DNA from: Terriglobia bacterium
GTDB taxonomy: Bacteria; Acidobacteriota; Terriglobia; 20CM-2-55-15
Direction of reading: 5' to 3'
NCBI GenBank assembly: GCA_965262675.1
Contig: OZ253554.1
Span: 3,220,640 to 3,284,639, forward strand
DNA length: 64,000 nt
Shown in pieces: positions 10,042-19,335 of this stretch (positions within the stretch are counted from its first letter, which is position 1; each line of letters starts with the position of its first letter). The notes beneath the pieces are model-generated. The model did no database searches, had not been told where the DNA came from, and saw nothing but the letters and a program-made list of their open reading frames with translations. A program made the position numbers and the translations under genes.

Positions 10042-10069
10042 AAGGCGGCCCGAAAGGGTCGCCTTTTTT
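10042..10069 (+). terminator. Rho-independent terminator
   Basis: aaggcggccc-gaaa-gggtcgcctt followed by a T run. Confidence 0.85.
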
Positions 10070-10160
10070 GCTGGCCCAGCCGGCCGCCCCGGCAAATTCG
10101 TCAATCGGTATCTGCCTCTTTGCGGTATATCCTATGGTTCAGGTTGTTAGAGGACAGGAA

Positions 10161-10502
10161 ATGAGTTGGGTCACCTTAGCGTTGGGATTGATCCGTGATG
10201 TCGCGACCACCGAACAGGGTCAGGAGATCATTAACGACATCAGATCGGGAACAACCGGAAAGCGCCCGCCAAACCCCGTACCGCCTCGGGAAGAGGAACT
10301 GGGCAAGTGGCGTCAATCGGTAGAAGAACGCTTTTCGGTGACGGATCGGAACATCGGGATGTTGGTCGGCATAGTCAATGCCCAGAACGAAGCACTGGTC
10401 CGGATCCAAAAACGGCAGCGCGTGTGGAACATCGTCCTTGCCGCCGCCGTTCCGATTGTGGTCTCCGGTGCGAGCCTCTGGTGGTTCTTCTTTCGAGGCT
10501 GA
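10161..10502 (+). CDS. Hypothetical protein with a C-terminal TM helix
   Basis: ATG after AGGACAGG; coiled-coil-like middle and hydrophobic C-terminus. Confidence 0.6.
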   Translation: MSWVTLALGLIRDVATTEQGQEIINDIRSGTTGKRPPNPVPPREEELGKWRQSVEERFSVTDRNIGMLVGIVNAQNEALVRIQKRQRVWNIVLAAAVPIVVSGASLWWFFFRG

Positions 10503-10524
10503 CTGAAACCGACCGCTTAGAGCC

Positions 10525-10581
10525 TTTCGATAGACGATCCCACGAAACGGCTCATGGCGTTTCGATAGACGATCCCGCGAA
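10525..10581. repeat. 35-bp-period direct duplication of the 3' end of the DUF6152 gene
   Basis: tttcgatagacgatccc at 10525-10541 and 10560-10576, each followed by Rcgaa. Confidence 0.8.
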
Positions 10582-10938
10582 CAGGCGCCGACCATCCTGG
10601 GTAATAACCCGGGCATTGCAGGTATCGGTTCCATCGTGAGCGCGGAAACCCTCGATCTGCACGTCATCTCCGGTCTTCAGCGTTTCGCTGGTCCACCCAA
10701 GACGGCGTAACGAATTGGGCGTCCCGCCCTCGCACTGCCAGTTCTCGACATCCCCATCCGCATTTCTGACATCCAGATAGAACCAGATATGCGGATTGGT
10801 CCACTCCACCTTCGTGATCTCTCCATCGAGTTCAACGGATTGGTCGGAATCGAAGACCGCCGCAAACGAGTGATGGGCCAACGCCGCGGCCGGTAGTAAC
10901 AGGGCGACTGTACAAAGTGTCAGTATTGCTTTCATCAT
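10552..10938 (-). CDS. DUF6152 family exported protein
   Basis: Signal peptide ending ALA-HHSFAAVFD; 'WTNPHIW'; 'DGRRLFAGSS'. Confidence 0.85.
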   Translation of the reverse strand: MMKAILTLCTVALLLPAAALAHHSFAAVFDSDQSVELDGEITKVEWTNPHIWFYLDVRNADGDVENWQCEGGTPNSLRRLGWTSETLKTGDDVQIEGFRAHDGTDTCNARVITQDGRRLFAGSSIETP

Positions 10939-11093
10939 TCCTTTCATCCGGGCCTCCGACCGGCTGAATGTTTCTTCCACCGCAGTGGACGGACCGGCCA
11001 GAACGGATGGTACAAGTGGCCGTTGAAGAGGTCAAGGAAAAGGCTGAAATACGTCCCTCCTGAACATCTTGGAGAGCCAATCCGATGCAACGT

Positions 11094-11139
11094 CTCTTGA
11101 CACCCGCTCTTGACACCCGCGAACAACCGTACCCATAAT
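11094..11139 (+). promoter_or_regulatory. Sigma70-type promoter with a tandemly duplicated -35 box
   Basis: ctcTTGACAcccg twice (11094-11106, 11107-11119); the second TTGACA is 18 bp from CATAAT (11134-11139). Confidence 0.6.
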
Positions 11140-11180
11140 CGGGGCCACTATCGATCGCCACACCAGACAAGGGGTTCCCA

Positions 11181-11942
11181 ATGAAAATTCGCTTCTCGAA
11201 TTGGACCGTTGTATTCGCTGCCGTTGCCACGATCCTGCTGCTCGTACCAACTGCGACCGAAGCCCAGGACTCGATACCGCGACTCCAGAACGGCAAGCCC
11301 GACTTCAGCGGCATCTGGGACAAGCCGCGTGTGGGCAACATCGTCACGGACTCGAACACCTGCGGTGCGGCGAGCACGGGATGCGTTCAGGAAGGCGCCG
11401 GCGAACCCCCCTACACGGAACTGGGTCAGGCACGTTGGGACGGATATCGAAACGACTGGACCGGCTATTGTCTGCCCTGGGGATATACGCGGGCCTTGCA
11501 GACCTCATATCCGGTCGAGATCGTCCATACCCCCCGTCGCATGGCGTTCCTGTACGAATCCAACAACATTTTTCACGTCGTGAATGTGGACGGAGAACAG
11601 CCAGAAAACCTGGAAGCAACATGGATGGGACGATCGGTATCGCGCTGGGAAGGCGATACGCTGATTATCGATACCCGCGGATTCAACGGAAAGACCTATA
11701 TTGACACGGCGGAACATCCGATGAGTCCCGACATGGTCATCACTGAACGCATCGGCTATATCGATGCCGATCACCTCTCCTATCAGGTCACCTGGAACGA
11801 CCCCGTCATGTACACCCAGCCATTATCTAACAACCGCATCTTCGTTCGAATGGCGCCCGACGCCGAGCTTTTCGAATACTGGTGCATGGAAAACAACAAG
11901 GATCTGCTTGAAGGCCGGCTGCCGCCGCTGATCGAACAGTAG
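11181..11942 (+). CDS. Exported hypothetical protein, 'WEGDTL' family (DUF6152-associated)
   Basis: Signal peptide; 'GKPDFSGIW', 'CLPWGYTR', 'SRWEGDTLII', 'EYWCMEN'. Confidence 0.8.
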   Translation: MKIRFSNWTVVFAAVATILLLVPTATEAQDSIPRLQNGKPDFSGIWDKPRVGNIVTDSNTCGAASTGCVQEGAGEPPYTELGQARWDGYRNDWTGYCLPWGYTRALQTSYPVEIVHTPRRMAFLYESNNIFHVVNVDGEQPENLEATWMGRSVSRWEGDTLIIDTRGFNGKTYIDTAEHPMSPDMVITERIGYIDADHLSYQVTWNDPVMYTQPLSNNRIFVRMAPDAELFEYWCMENNKDLLEGRLPPLIEQ

Positions 11943-12093
11943 GTCGAACGGTAAGGAAATATCTGTGCGCACAAAAGTGAGTGCGCACTAACATACGACT
12001 CTTCGATTCGGAAATCCGCGATTTCCAATGGTCAACGTCCGGGCGTCGATCCTCCGCTCCTCAAACACTCTGATTCGGGACACCGTACCTTCT

Positions 12094-12600
12094 CTACTGA
12101 ATCGCATCCACGCCCGCTTGCGCCGCCACGCCGTCCTGCGCTCCACTTCCGCCGGAAACGCCAATGCCGCCAATCACCTGTCCATCCACGATAATCGGCA
12201 CGCCGCCATCGAGTGGGACGGCGCCCCGCAGGTTGAGAAGACGCACGCCCTGGCCTCCGGTTGCGACACCATCTTCGAAAACCCGGGTCGGACGCCGGAA
12301 CAGCGCCGCCGAACGCGCCTTGTCGACCGCAACCTCGACACTGCCCGTCTGAGTGCCGTCCATCTTTTCGAAATACACCAGGTGTCCCCCTGGATCCACG
12401 ATCGCAATCGCCATCGTCCAACCGTTCGACCGGGCCTCTTCCGCCGCGGCCGACGCCACGGCCCTGGCGTTCTCGAGGTCGACCGGCATACCGTAGGGGA
12501 TCTGTGGAGGAGGAGCGAAACCCTCCTGCGCGCGAACGGTTGGAGCCAATATCGCCAAAACGCACAGCAAGAGGTGGAAACGAACGAATTGCCGAACCAT
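12094..12600 (-). CDS. GlcG/HbpS (DUF336) heme-binding family protein, exported
   Basis: 'AIAIVDPGGHLV', 'AVDKARSAALFRRPT', 'GGVPIIVDGQVIGGIGVSGG...QD'. Confidence 0.88.
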   Translation of the reverse strand: MVRQFVRFHLLLCVLAILAPTVRAQEGFAPPPQIPYGMPVDLENARAVASAAAEEARSNGWTMAIAIVDPGGHLVYFEKMDGTQTGSVEVAVDKARSAALFRRPTRVFEDGVATGGQGVRLLNLRGAVPLDGGVPIIVDGQVIGGIGVSGGSGAQDGVAAQAGVDAIQ

Positions 12601-12758
12601 AGACCTTTTCTCCTCGTCAGCGGGGACGTTATCAGAATTCGGGGTTCGAATTGTATCACCCGCGCAAAGCTTGTCAACCGAGCAGCAGTCGTTGCGCCCG
12701 GCGGTCTATTCTGAAAGAATCCCCACAGTTTCTTGACCGGCCGAGAGGGTCGTGACCA

Positions 12759-14177
12759 ATGCAATCTACCAATACAAATAACCGTTCCCTTCGGTTCGCG
12801 GTCATTCTGACAGTCGTGGCCGTCCTGTGGTTCATACCCGCACCCGAGGGAGTCCAGATCGAGGCCTGGCATCTGCTTGCCATCTTTCTGGGCACCATAT
12901 TGGGACTCATCCTGCAACCGGTACCCATGGGCGCGGTGGTCATCATGGGTTTGACAGCCACGGTATTCACGGGAACGCTCGAAATGGCCGACGCCCTGCT
13001 CGGCTATCAGAGCGCAACCGTGTGGTTGATCGTTTCGGCGTTCCTTTTCGCCCGATGCCTGAACAAGACGGGCCTCGGACGAAGAATTGCGTTTTTTTTC
13101 ATTCGACTGTTTGGCCACAAGACTCTGGGACTGGGTTACGCGCTGGGAATGGCCGACCTTGTTCTGGCGCCCGGCATCCCTTCCGGGACGGCCCGTACCG
13201 GGGGCGTTCTGTTTCCCGTCGTCAAAAGCCTGTCCGTCGCATACCGATCCGAACCCGGGCCCTCGGCGAAGCGCATCGGCGAATTCCTGATGATCTGTAC
13301 CTATCAAATCCATTGCATCACCTGTGCCATGTTCCTGACTGCAATGGTGGCCAACCCATTCATGGTGGAAATGGCCCAGGCGGTTGCCGGCATCGAGATT
13401 ACCTGGACCGGTTGGGCCTTCGCGGCTTTCGTTCCCGGAATCGTCAGCTTCATCGCCTTGCCGCTGATGTTGTTCGCAATGATCAGGCCAGAGATTCGCG
13501 AAACGCCGGAAGCGTCCGAGCTGGCTCGGGACGAACTCGACAAAATGGGTCCCATGAGCCGGGCCGAACGTTCGGTGATGGCCGTGTTCGGACTGGTTTT
13601 CCTGCTTTGGATCACCGGTTCCTTGACCGATCTGCATCCAACGGGTGTCGCGTTCCTGGGGCTATGCCTGATGCTCGTGCTCGAAGTCATCACATGGAAC
13701 GATGTCCTCGAAGAAAGGGCAGGCTGGGACGCGTTGGTGTGGTTTGGAGGATTGGTCGGCATGGCGACCATGCTCAGCCGGCTCGGGCTCACCGAATGGT
13801 TTTCGATGTTTGTCGGCGGATACATGGAAGGCTGGCCATGGCTGTACGTGTTGGCGGTGCTGACCCTGGTGTATCTGTACGCGCACTACTTCTTTGCGAG
13901 CCTGACGGCGCATACAACCGCCTTGTTCGCGCCGTTCCTCGTAACAGCCGTCGCGGCAGGGGCCCCGCCGTATCTTGCGGCGCTCACGCTCGCGTATTTC
14001 TCGAGCCTCTGCGCATCGCTGACCCACTACGCGGGCGGGCCATCGGCCATCTTCTGGGGTGCGGGATATACCGACATCAAGGGGTGGTGGAGTACGGGGT
14101 TCGCGACCTCCGTTCTGTTTGTCGTTATCTGGATGGGAATCGGACCGATCTGGTGGCGAACGCTGGGTCTTTTCTAG
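12759..14177 (+). CDS. DASS family di/tricarboxylate transporter (CitT/YbhI-like)
   Basis: 'AWHLLAIF', 'TGLGRRIA', 'IPSGTARTGG', 'MFLTAMVAN', 'FFASLTAH', 'LTHY'. Confidence 0.9.
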   Translation: MQSTNTNNRSLRFAVILTVVAVLWFIPAPEGVQIEAWHLLAIFLGTILGLILQPVPMGAVVIMGLTATVFTGTLEMADALLGYQSATVWLIVSAFLFARCLNKTGLGRRIAFFFIRLFGHKTLGLGYALGMADLVLAPGIPSGTARTGGVLFPVVKSLSVAYRSEPGPSAKRIGEFLMICTYQIHCITCAMFLTAMVANPFMVEMAQAVAGIEITWTGWAFAAFVPGIVSFIALPLMLFAMIRPEIRETPEASELARDELDKMGPMSRAERSVMAVFGLVFLLWITGSLTDLHPTGVAFLGLCLMLVLEVITWNDVLEERAGWDALVWFGGLVGMATMLSRLGLTEWFSMFVGGYMEGWPWLYVLAVLTLVYLYAHYFFASLTAHTTALFAPFLVTAVAAGAPPYLAALTLAYFSSLCASLTHYAGGPSAIFWGAGYTDIKGWWSTGFATSVLFVVIWMGIGPIWWRTLGLF

Positions 14178-14282
14178 CGCGAGTTTACTGAAACAGTCCT
14201 TCAGGTTCCAAATATACGTAAACTCGCGCGAGCCTGCTTTTCTCACGGGTTGTCTGCTACAGCGCCGGATTCATGCGCCCTG

Positions 14283-14412
14283 GCGCTTGATCCGGCGCGA
14301 GGAACGCGCCGCTACGCGCCCGGCGCGAGGAACGCGCCGTAGAACGCGCCCGCGCTTGATCCGGCGCGAGGAACGCGCCGCTACGCGCCCGGCGCGAGGA
14401 ACGCGCCGCTAC
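14283..14412 (-). repeat. Cluster of four GTAG-family REP-like palindromes
   Basis: cggcgcg-aggaa-cgcgccg(ctac) at 14293, 14321, 14362 and 14390; reads GTAG plus palindrome on the minus strand; 69-bp higher-order duplication. Confidence 0.85.
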
Positions 14413-14477
14413 GCGCCGTAGCTCTGACGGCGTCTCCGACTCTTCGCGACGAAAACCCGAAAAAAAGGCAGCCTGAA

Positions 14478-15611
14478 TCAACGCACGTATACCTGTCCGT
14501 CCATGATCCGGCGCGCCGTTCCCGCGACCGCGGCCTTCGTCAACTCGAACCCCGAATCCGTCGCTTCGACCTGTATCAGAAAACTGGACACTCCCGACGG
14601 GTGTCCCACGCGGACGACACCGCCGTCGCCGGCCGCGGCACGGGTCACCCGCTCAACAACCGTTCCCTCGATGCGCGCCGCGGCGCCGAGACAAATCCCG
14701 CCGGTCACGGCATATGCCTTGTGCAGCACCCCGAAAGCCAACGTCCGAGCCAAGAGATCGCAAGCCGAACCCGAAACCGTCTCGCCACCGATCGTCCGGT
14801 AATCGTCCGGGGGCGCGACTATTCCGACCTTCGGAATAGCGGGCGATACACTGTCGGCATCCGGCGCCAACTTCATCATCAAGGCGCCCTGAACGCGGAT
14901 CTCATCCATGACGGCCAGAATTCGACGATCGCGTTCGAAATCGTCCGGCAGCTCGCGAGCCGTGAGCCCGACATCGGCGGCACGAGCGAAAATCGCCGGC
15001 GCCGCGGCATCGACCAAACTGACCGCTACCGGACCACAGCCCTTCACGTCGATCGTGTCCACTACATTGCCGGTTGGCAACAGACTGCCCGTCTTCGACC
15101 CCGAAGCGTCGAGAAAGTTGACGATGATCCTGGCACCGGTTCCCGGCACGCCATGAATCGAATACCCACCTTCGGTAACGGCGCGTCCGTCCCGAACCGG
15201 CACCTCGGCCACCATCCGCTTTCCGGTGTTCGTGTTGAAGATGCGGACTGGAGTGAACGGCTCCACGGCGGGCACGAGGCCTTCGTCAACCGCGAACGGC
15301 CCGACACCCTGCGAGATGTTTCCGCAGTTCCCCTGATAGTCCACCAAGCCCTTCTCGATCCCAACGTATCCCAGCGTGTAATCCACGTCGGAATCGGATC
15401 TGGAGGACGATTCGACAATCGCAACCTTGCTGGTGAGCGGGTCCGCACCGCCCAGGCCATCGATCTGTCTCGGATCTGGACTGCCGAAGATTGAAAGGAT
15501 CACGCGGTCGCGGGCCGCCGGATCGGTGGGCAGATCCCGGGCATGCACGAACACGCCCTTGCTGGTTCCTCCGCGAATAACCGCTGCCCGAATACGTTTG
15601 TTCTCATTCAC
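14478..15611 (-). CDS. prpF: PrpF family (methyl)aconitate isomerase
   Basis: 'RGGTSKG', 'QIDGLGGADPLTSKVA', 'GNCGN', 'NTNT', 'GVPGTGA', 'HPSG', 'TARRIMDG'. Confidence 0.88.
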   Translation of the reverse strand: MNENKRIRAAVIRGGTSKGVFVHARDLPTDPAARDRVILSIFGSPDPRQIDGLGGADPLTSKVAIVESSSRSDSDVDYTLGYVGIEKGLVDYQGNCGNISQGVGPFAVDEGLVPAVEPFTPVRIFNTNTGKRMVAEVPVRDGRAVTEGGYSIHGVPGTGARIIVNFLDASGSKTGSLLPTGNVVDTIDVKGCGPVAVSLVDAAAPAIFARAADVGLTARELPDDFERDRRILAVMDEIRVQGALMMKLAPDADSVSPAIPKVGIVAPPDDYRTIGGETVSGSACDLLARTLAFGVLHKAYAVTGGICLGAAARIEGTVVERVTRAAAGDGGVVRVGHPSGVSSFLIQVEATDSGFELTKAAVAGTARRIMDGQVYVR

Positions 15612-15751
15612 GAATGGGGGCCTCGGCGGATGGTGGCCAAACTCGCGGGGCCCTGCAGGGTTCCGCCACTGAATGCGGTTCGCTCGTATTCCCGGCGGGT
15701 GACGACGCCATCGGCCATCCGTCAAGCCCGCCATCCCGGGAGACCAGGCTC

Positions 15752-15994
15752 CTAGTGGTAGTGCTGGTGCTCCTCGGACCACACACCCGAAGGGCGAGCT
15801 TCGTCGGCATCGCGATTGGACAACGCGTTCAGGAAACCGAGCGCGCCAAGAAGAAGGACACCGCCCAGAACGATCGCAAGCCACTTCCCACTCGACTCAA
15901 TTCGATCCGCGGATTGCTCGCCGTGACACTGCTTGTATTTCTTGCCACTGCCGCAGGGACAGGGAGCATTGCGCCCAACCTTTTCAGTCTTCAT
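15752..15994 (-). CDS. Small SEC-C motif protein with a TM helix and His-rich tail
   Basis: '[19 protein letters not shown]', then a hydrophobic helix and 'WSEEHQHYH'. Confidence 0.8.
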   Translation of the reverse strand: MKTEKVGRNAPCPCGSGKKYKQCHGEQSADRIESSGKWLAIVLGGVLLLGALGFLNALSNRDADEARPSGVWSEEHQHYH

Positions 15995-16235
15995 GGTGTT
16001 CGACAGTTTATCCGATCTTCAATATTCGTTTGCAATCAAAAATCGAGGCGGCTTCACTGGTCCCGGCCAGTCGATTGCCCGAAGTTCCCGCCCGGTCCGG
16101 CATGCGCGTTTCCCACCTTCGAATGTGTACTTTCAACGGGGCCATACGGCCTCGATATCAATGGTGGAACCAGAAAACCTTCGGCCACGTCTTCGACTGA
16201 CCGCTAACGCCGGTCGAGAAATCGGCCCAGGCGTC

Positions 16236-18443
16236 TCAGAACCGGAACGTGTACTGCAGCTTTGCCGTTACTCCGCGGTCCGCCATATCGAATCGCATTC
16301 GCCCGTCCGGCTGCTGTTCCCGGATCCATCCCTGATTGAAGACGAAAAACAGATCGCGGCCCGGATCCAGGATCCACTGGACGCGGCTCTGCCATCCCAG
16401 ATTGTTCGAGTCGTTGTCGAACTGGATCAGGTTGAAGAAAGTCAGAAATGGCGTTACCGAATAGTCGGCCCGCAGAGTGAAGATCCGGGCGGCGAAGTTG
16501 CCTTCAGGGAGACGTGCGAATGTCAGATTGTAGGACGCGGCGGCATCGAGGTTCGGGGCCAGTTTGTACTGGAACTGACCGGACAACTCGTTGGCCCGGC
16601 CCGACCAATACGATCCGAACCACCAGGTGGCGCCCACTTTCCAGGGACGATTGTCCGACGAAGAGAACTCGACGCGGTACCGGTCGAAACGGTAGTCGCC
16701 CGGCTGCAGTTCGATGCCGTCCGATATTTCGAACGGTTCGAAGAGTCGTTCGGACTGGCCCCGCCAATTCAACTCGAACCGGTCGCCGGAGTTCCACGTC
16801 CAGTTCAGCGGTGCGGTGAAGAACTGCCAACTTTCGACCTGGCCGGTGTCTATCCGCGTATGCCGTGTGAACGCGAACTGGTGCAGCATCTGGCGAATTC
16901 CGAAGAAATCGCCGGGGCGTGGAGCGAATTCAACGGTGAAATCCAGACGCGTGGTGTCGGGACGTTGAACGAACCCCATTGCCGGATCGAAATTCTTCTC
17001 GGCACGAAGCCAGGCGCCTTCCAGCGACCAGAGGTCGTTGGGATAGGCCACCGCCACCCGGTATGCGCCGGAATCTCCCGATATCCCCTCGTTGCGGACG
17101 CCCACCGCGAACGCCTGGATGTTGAAGTTGCGCCCGGTACCCAGAAAGTTCGATGTTCCCAAGAGCAGGTCGCCTCCGTAGGTGTGCGCCGAACGGCCGG
17201 TTTCCGAGCTTCCTTCCGTGTAGATCATTCCCACATAGGACTGGTTCAGGATGTTCCGCTTGACGCGCGCCGCCAGGTAGTTCTGCGCGTCGGTAAATCC
17301 GGTTTCCCGAGTGCGTGCGTCCAGAATGCCCACGTCGAAACGACCGGCCTTGCCGGCAAGTTTGACGCCGGCGAGGATCGGGACCTCCCGACCGCCGAGC
17401 AGGCCGATCTTTCGACTGAAAAAGGGCAGCAGGGTCGGTCCGAAGCCACCGCTGACACCAAAATCGAACACGCCGGCATTCTCAAGGAAGAACGATCGTT
17501 TCTCCGGGAAAAACAGGGGAAAGCGGTCCAGATTGATCTGGCGATCGTCCACCTCGGTCTCCGCGAAGTCGGTGTTGAGCGTGGTCGTCAACCGGAGGCT
17601 GGGCGTGATGTTGTAGAAGAAGTCCCCGCCGACGTCACCTTCCCGCAGGTTGTTTTCGTCAAAGCGAGAGTCGATCCATCGGCCCGAAACGAACGGACGC
17701 ACATCCAGTCCTCGCCCCTCGTCGATTCCGGTCAGGCCCTCCATGTCGCCGGCCTCGGAAACCTGAACGAAATCCGCGTCCAGACGGGCTCCGGACCAAC
17801 GATCTTCCTCGCGTTTTCGGCCGATCGTGCGGGAGACGTTGAAGCCCCATGCCTGTAGTCCCTGCGAAAAACTCAGGCTCTTGAACGGGATGGCGAACTC
17901 GGCCGTCCATCCATCGTCGTTCTGCCGGATGCGGACGTTCCAGATCGCGTTCCAGTCACTGTTGATTTCGCCATTCTCGATGATCAGGCCGTCGACCAGG
18001 GCACCGGCCGGATTTGTCGAAAAGTAGAAGGCGTTGCGCCGGTCCCTGAATGTGTCCAACAGGACTTCGATCCGATCGTCGACCGAGAGGTCGGCATCGC
18101 GGGACATCTGGGTCGCAACGATCCCTCCGGGGTCGGAGTCGAAACAGACGATGCCAATATAGAGTGTCGCGCTGTCATACAGGACGCGGACCTCGGTGCG
18201 CTCGGTTGGCGCAGCGCCTTCCACGGGCTCGCGCTGCAGGAACTCTCCGATCGGCGCGGTAGATTGCCAGTCCGATTCCGACAGGTCCCCGTCCAGAGTG
18301 ATCGGCGACATCGTCCGGACCGCGATTCCGCGCCGCGCTCCGCCGGTTTGACCGCCGGGTTCGGCGCCCCAGGCGGGCTCCAGACCGAGAATCAGGATAA
18401 CGATGGTTTGGATGAGAATCGTGACTCGGAATGTGGTTTTCAT
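16236..18443 (-). CDS. CBM9-like/DUF5916 putative outer-membrane protein
   Basis: 'LDGDLSESDW', 'WTAEFAIPF', 'LNTDFAETEVD', 'LFFPEKRSFFLE'; ends in 'YTFRF'. Confidence 0.82.
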   Translation of the reverse strand: MKTTFRVTILIQTIVILILGLEPAWGAEPGGQTGGARRGIAVRTMSPITLDGDLSESDWQSTAPIGEFLQREPVEGAAPTERTEVRVLYDSATLYIGIVCFDSDPGGIVATQMSRDADLSVDDRIEVLLDTFRDRRNAFYFSTNPAGALVDGLIIENGEINSDWNAIWNVRIRQNDDGWTAEFAIPFKSLSFSQGLQAWGFNVSRTIGRKREEDRWSGARLDADFVQVSEAGDMEGLTGIDEGRGLDVRPFVSGRWIDSRFDENNLREGDVGGDFFYNITPSLRLTTTLNTDFAETEVDDRQINLDRFPLFFPEKRSFFLENAGVFDFGVSGGFGPTLLPFFSRKIGLLGGREVPILAGVKLAGKAGRFDVGILDARTRETGFTDAQNYLAARVKRNILNQSYVGMIYTEGSSETGRSAHTYGGDLLLGTSNFLGTGRNFNIQAFAVGVRNEGISGDSGAYRVAVAYPNDLWSLEGAWLRAEKNFDPAMGFVQRPDTTRLDFTVEFAPRPGDFFGIRQMLHQFAFTRHTRIDTGQVESWQFFTAPLNWTWNSGDRFELNWRGQSERLFEPFEISDGIELQPGDYRFDRYRVEFSSSDNRPWKVGATWWFGSYWSGRANELSGQFQYKLAPNLDAAASYNLTFARLPEGNFAARIFTLRADYSVTPFLTFFNLIQFDNDSNNLGWQSRVQWILDPGRDLFFVFNQGWIREQQPDGRMRFDMADRGVTAKLQYTFRF

Positions 18444-18475
18444 TTCTTCTGGTGTCGTTTCCGCGGGTATCGATC

Positions 18476-19102
18476 TTACAGGTGTCGATCCAAAGCGGCC
18501 GTGGCATCCGCCTTGCGCAGTTCCCGGAGGACGTTCCTGCTCCTGGCACGAATGCCTGGACTCTCCTCCCTGCCCGTTGCTTCCAACGTCAATCGCAACT
18601 CGCGGCGCAGTTCGGCGTAGGGGAGGGCGATGTTGCGGGCGGTGAATATCGCATGCGCGCGAACAGCGATAGGCTGCCGTGGGGACGCGGTGATTTCGAT
18701 GGCGGCGTCGAAGACCTCACCGGCAATATCGTCATCGATCTCGATGAATGAAAGCGCGCGCCACAACTCGCGCCGCATGCTCGCATTCTCGCAGTCCACG
18801 AGCATTTGCCAGATCAGGCGTTGCGCTCGGGCGCCGTCGGGCCGGTTGCGTTCGACGAAACGAGAGAACATCCACGTCATGTACCACTTCACTGGGAGCT
18901 TCCGGCGGCGCATCTCGTCGAAAAACGCTTCGAAGTCTATCCCTTTGCGCGCCATGAGACCGGCCCAACGCGCGACGTTCGGCGTCGTGCGGTCCGAAGC
19001 CAGCGAGTCGGCCAATTCCCGAGGCGAGAGCGGCGAATGGGAACCAGCGGCCGTCAACGCTTGCGAAGCCTTGACGACGGGTCCGGATCTTTCGGCATTC
19101 AT
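18476..19102 (-). CDS. Hypothetical alpha-helical (HEAT-like) protein
   Basis: Coherent ORF with 'IAVRAHA...ELRL...SPGIRARSRNVL'; start uncertain. Confidence 0.55.
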   Translation of the reverse strand: MNAERSGPVVKASQALTAAGSHSPLSPRELADSLASDRTTPNVARWAGLMARKGIDFEAFFDEMRRRKLPVKWYMTWMFSRFVERNRPDGARAQRLIWQMLVDCENASMRRELWRALSFIEIDDDIAGEVFDAAIEITASPRQPIAVRAHAIFTARNIALPYAELRRELRLTLEATGREESPGIRARSRNVLRELRKADATAALDRHL

Positions 19103-19335
19103 GACACCAAAAACTCGGTAATGTCTCGGTTCGAATGCCGTCAGAGACAAACTCCACAATCTCAAACCTGGACACTACGAACAGTTCTTTTTCCTATGCA
19201 GTAGCCCTCAGCTAAAATACCATGCTTGGAAGCTTTGGAACGGGTTGCATAGTTCTCTTGATAAACGACTTCGCCCACGGGGAATTGCTCGTGATCGAGT
19301 GCTTGGGAACGCTCAACGTTAAGGAAGGGTGGTCG

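Noticed and set aside
15933-17858. Long antisense ORFs (also 5834..6691, 12174..13637, 34111..35709, 50680..52446)
   Set aside because: They are shadows of well-supported opposite-strand genes in GC-rich DNA and have no recognisable motifs.
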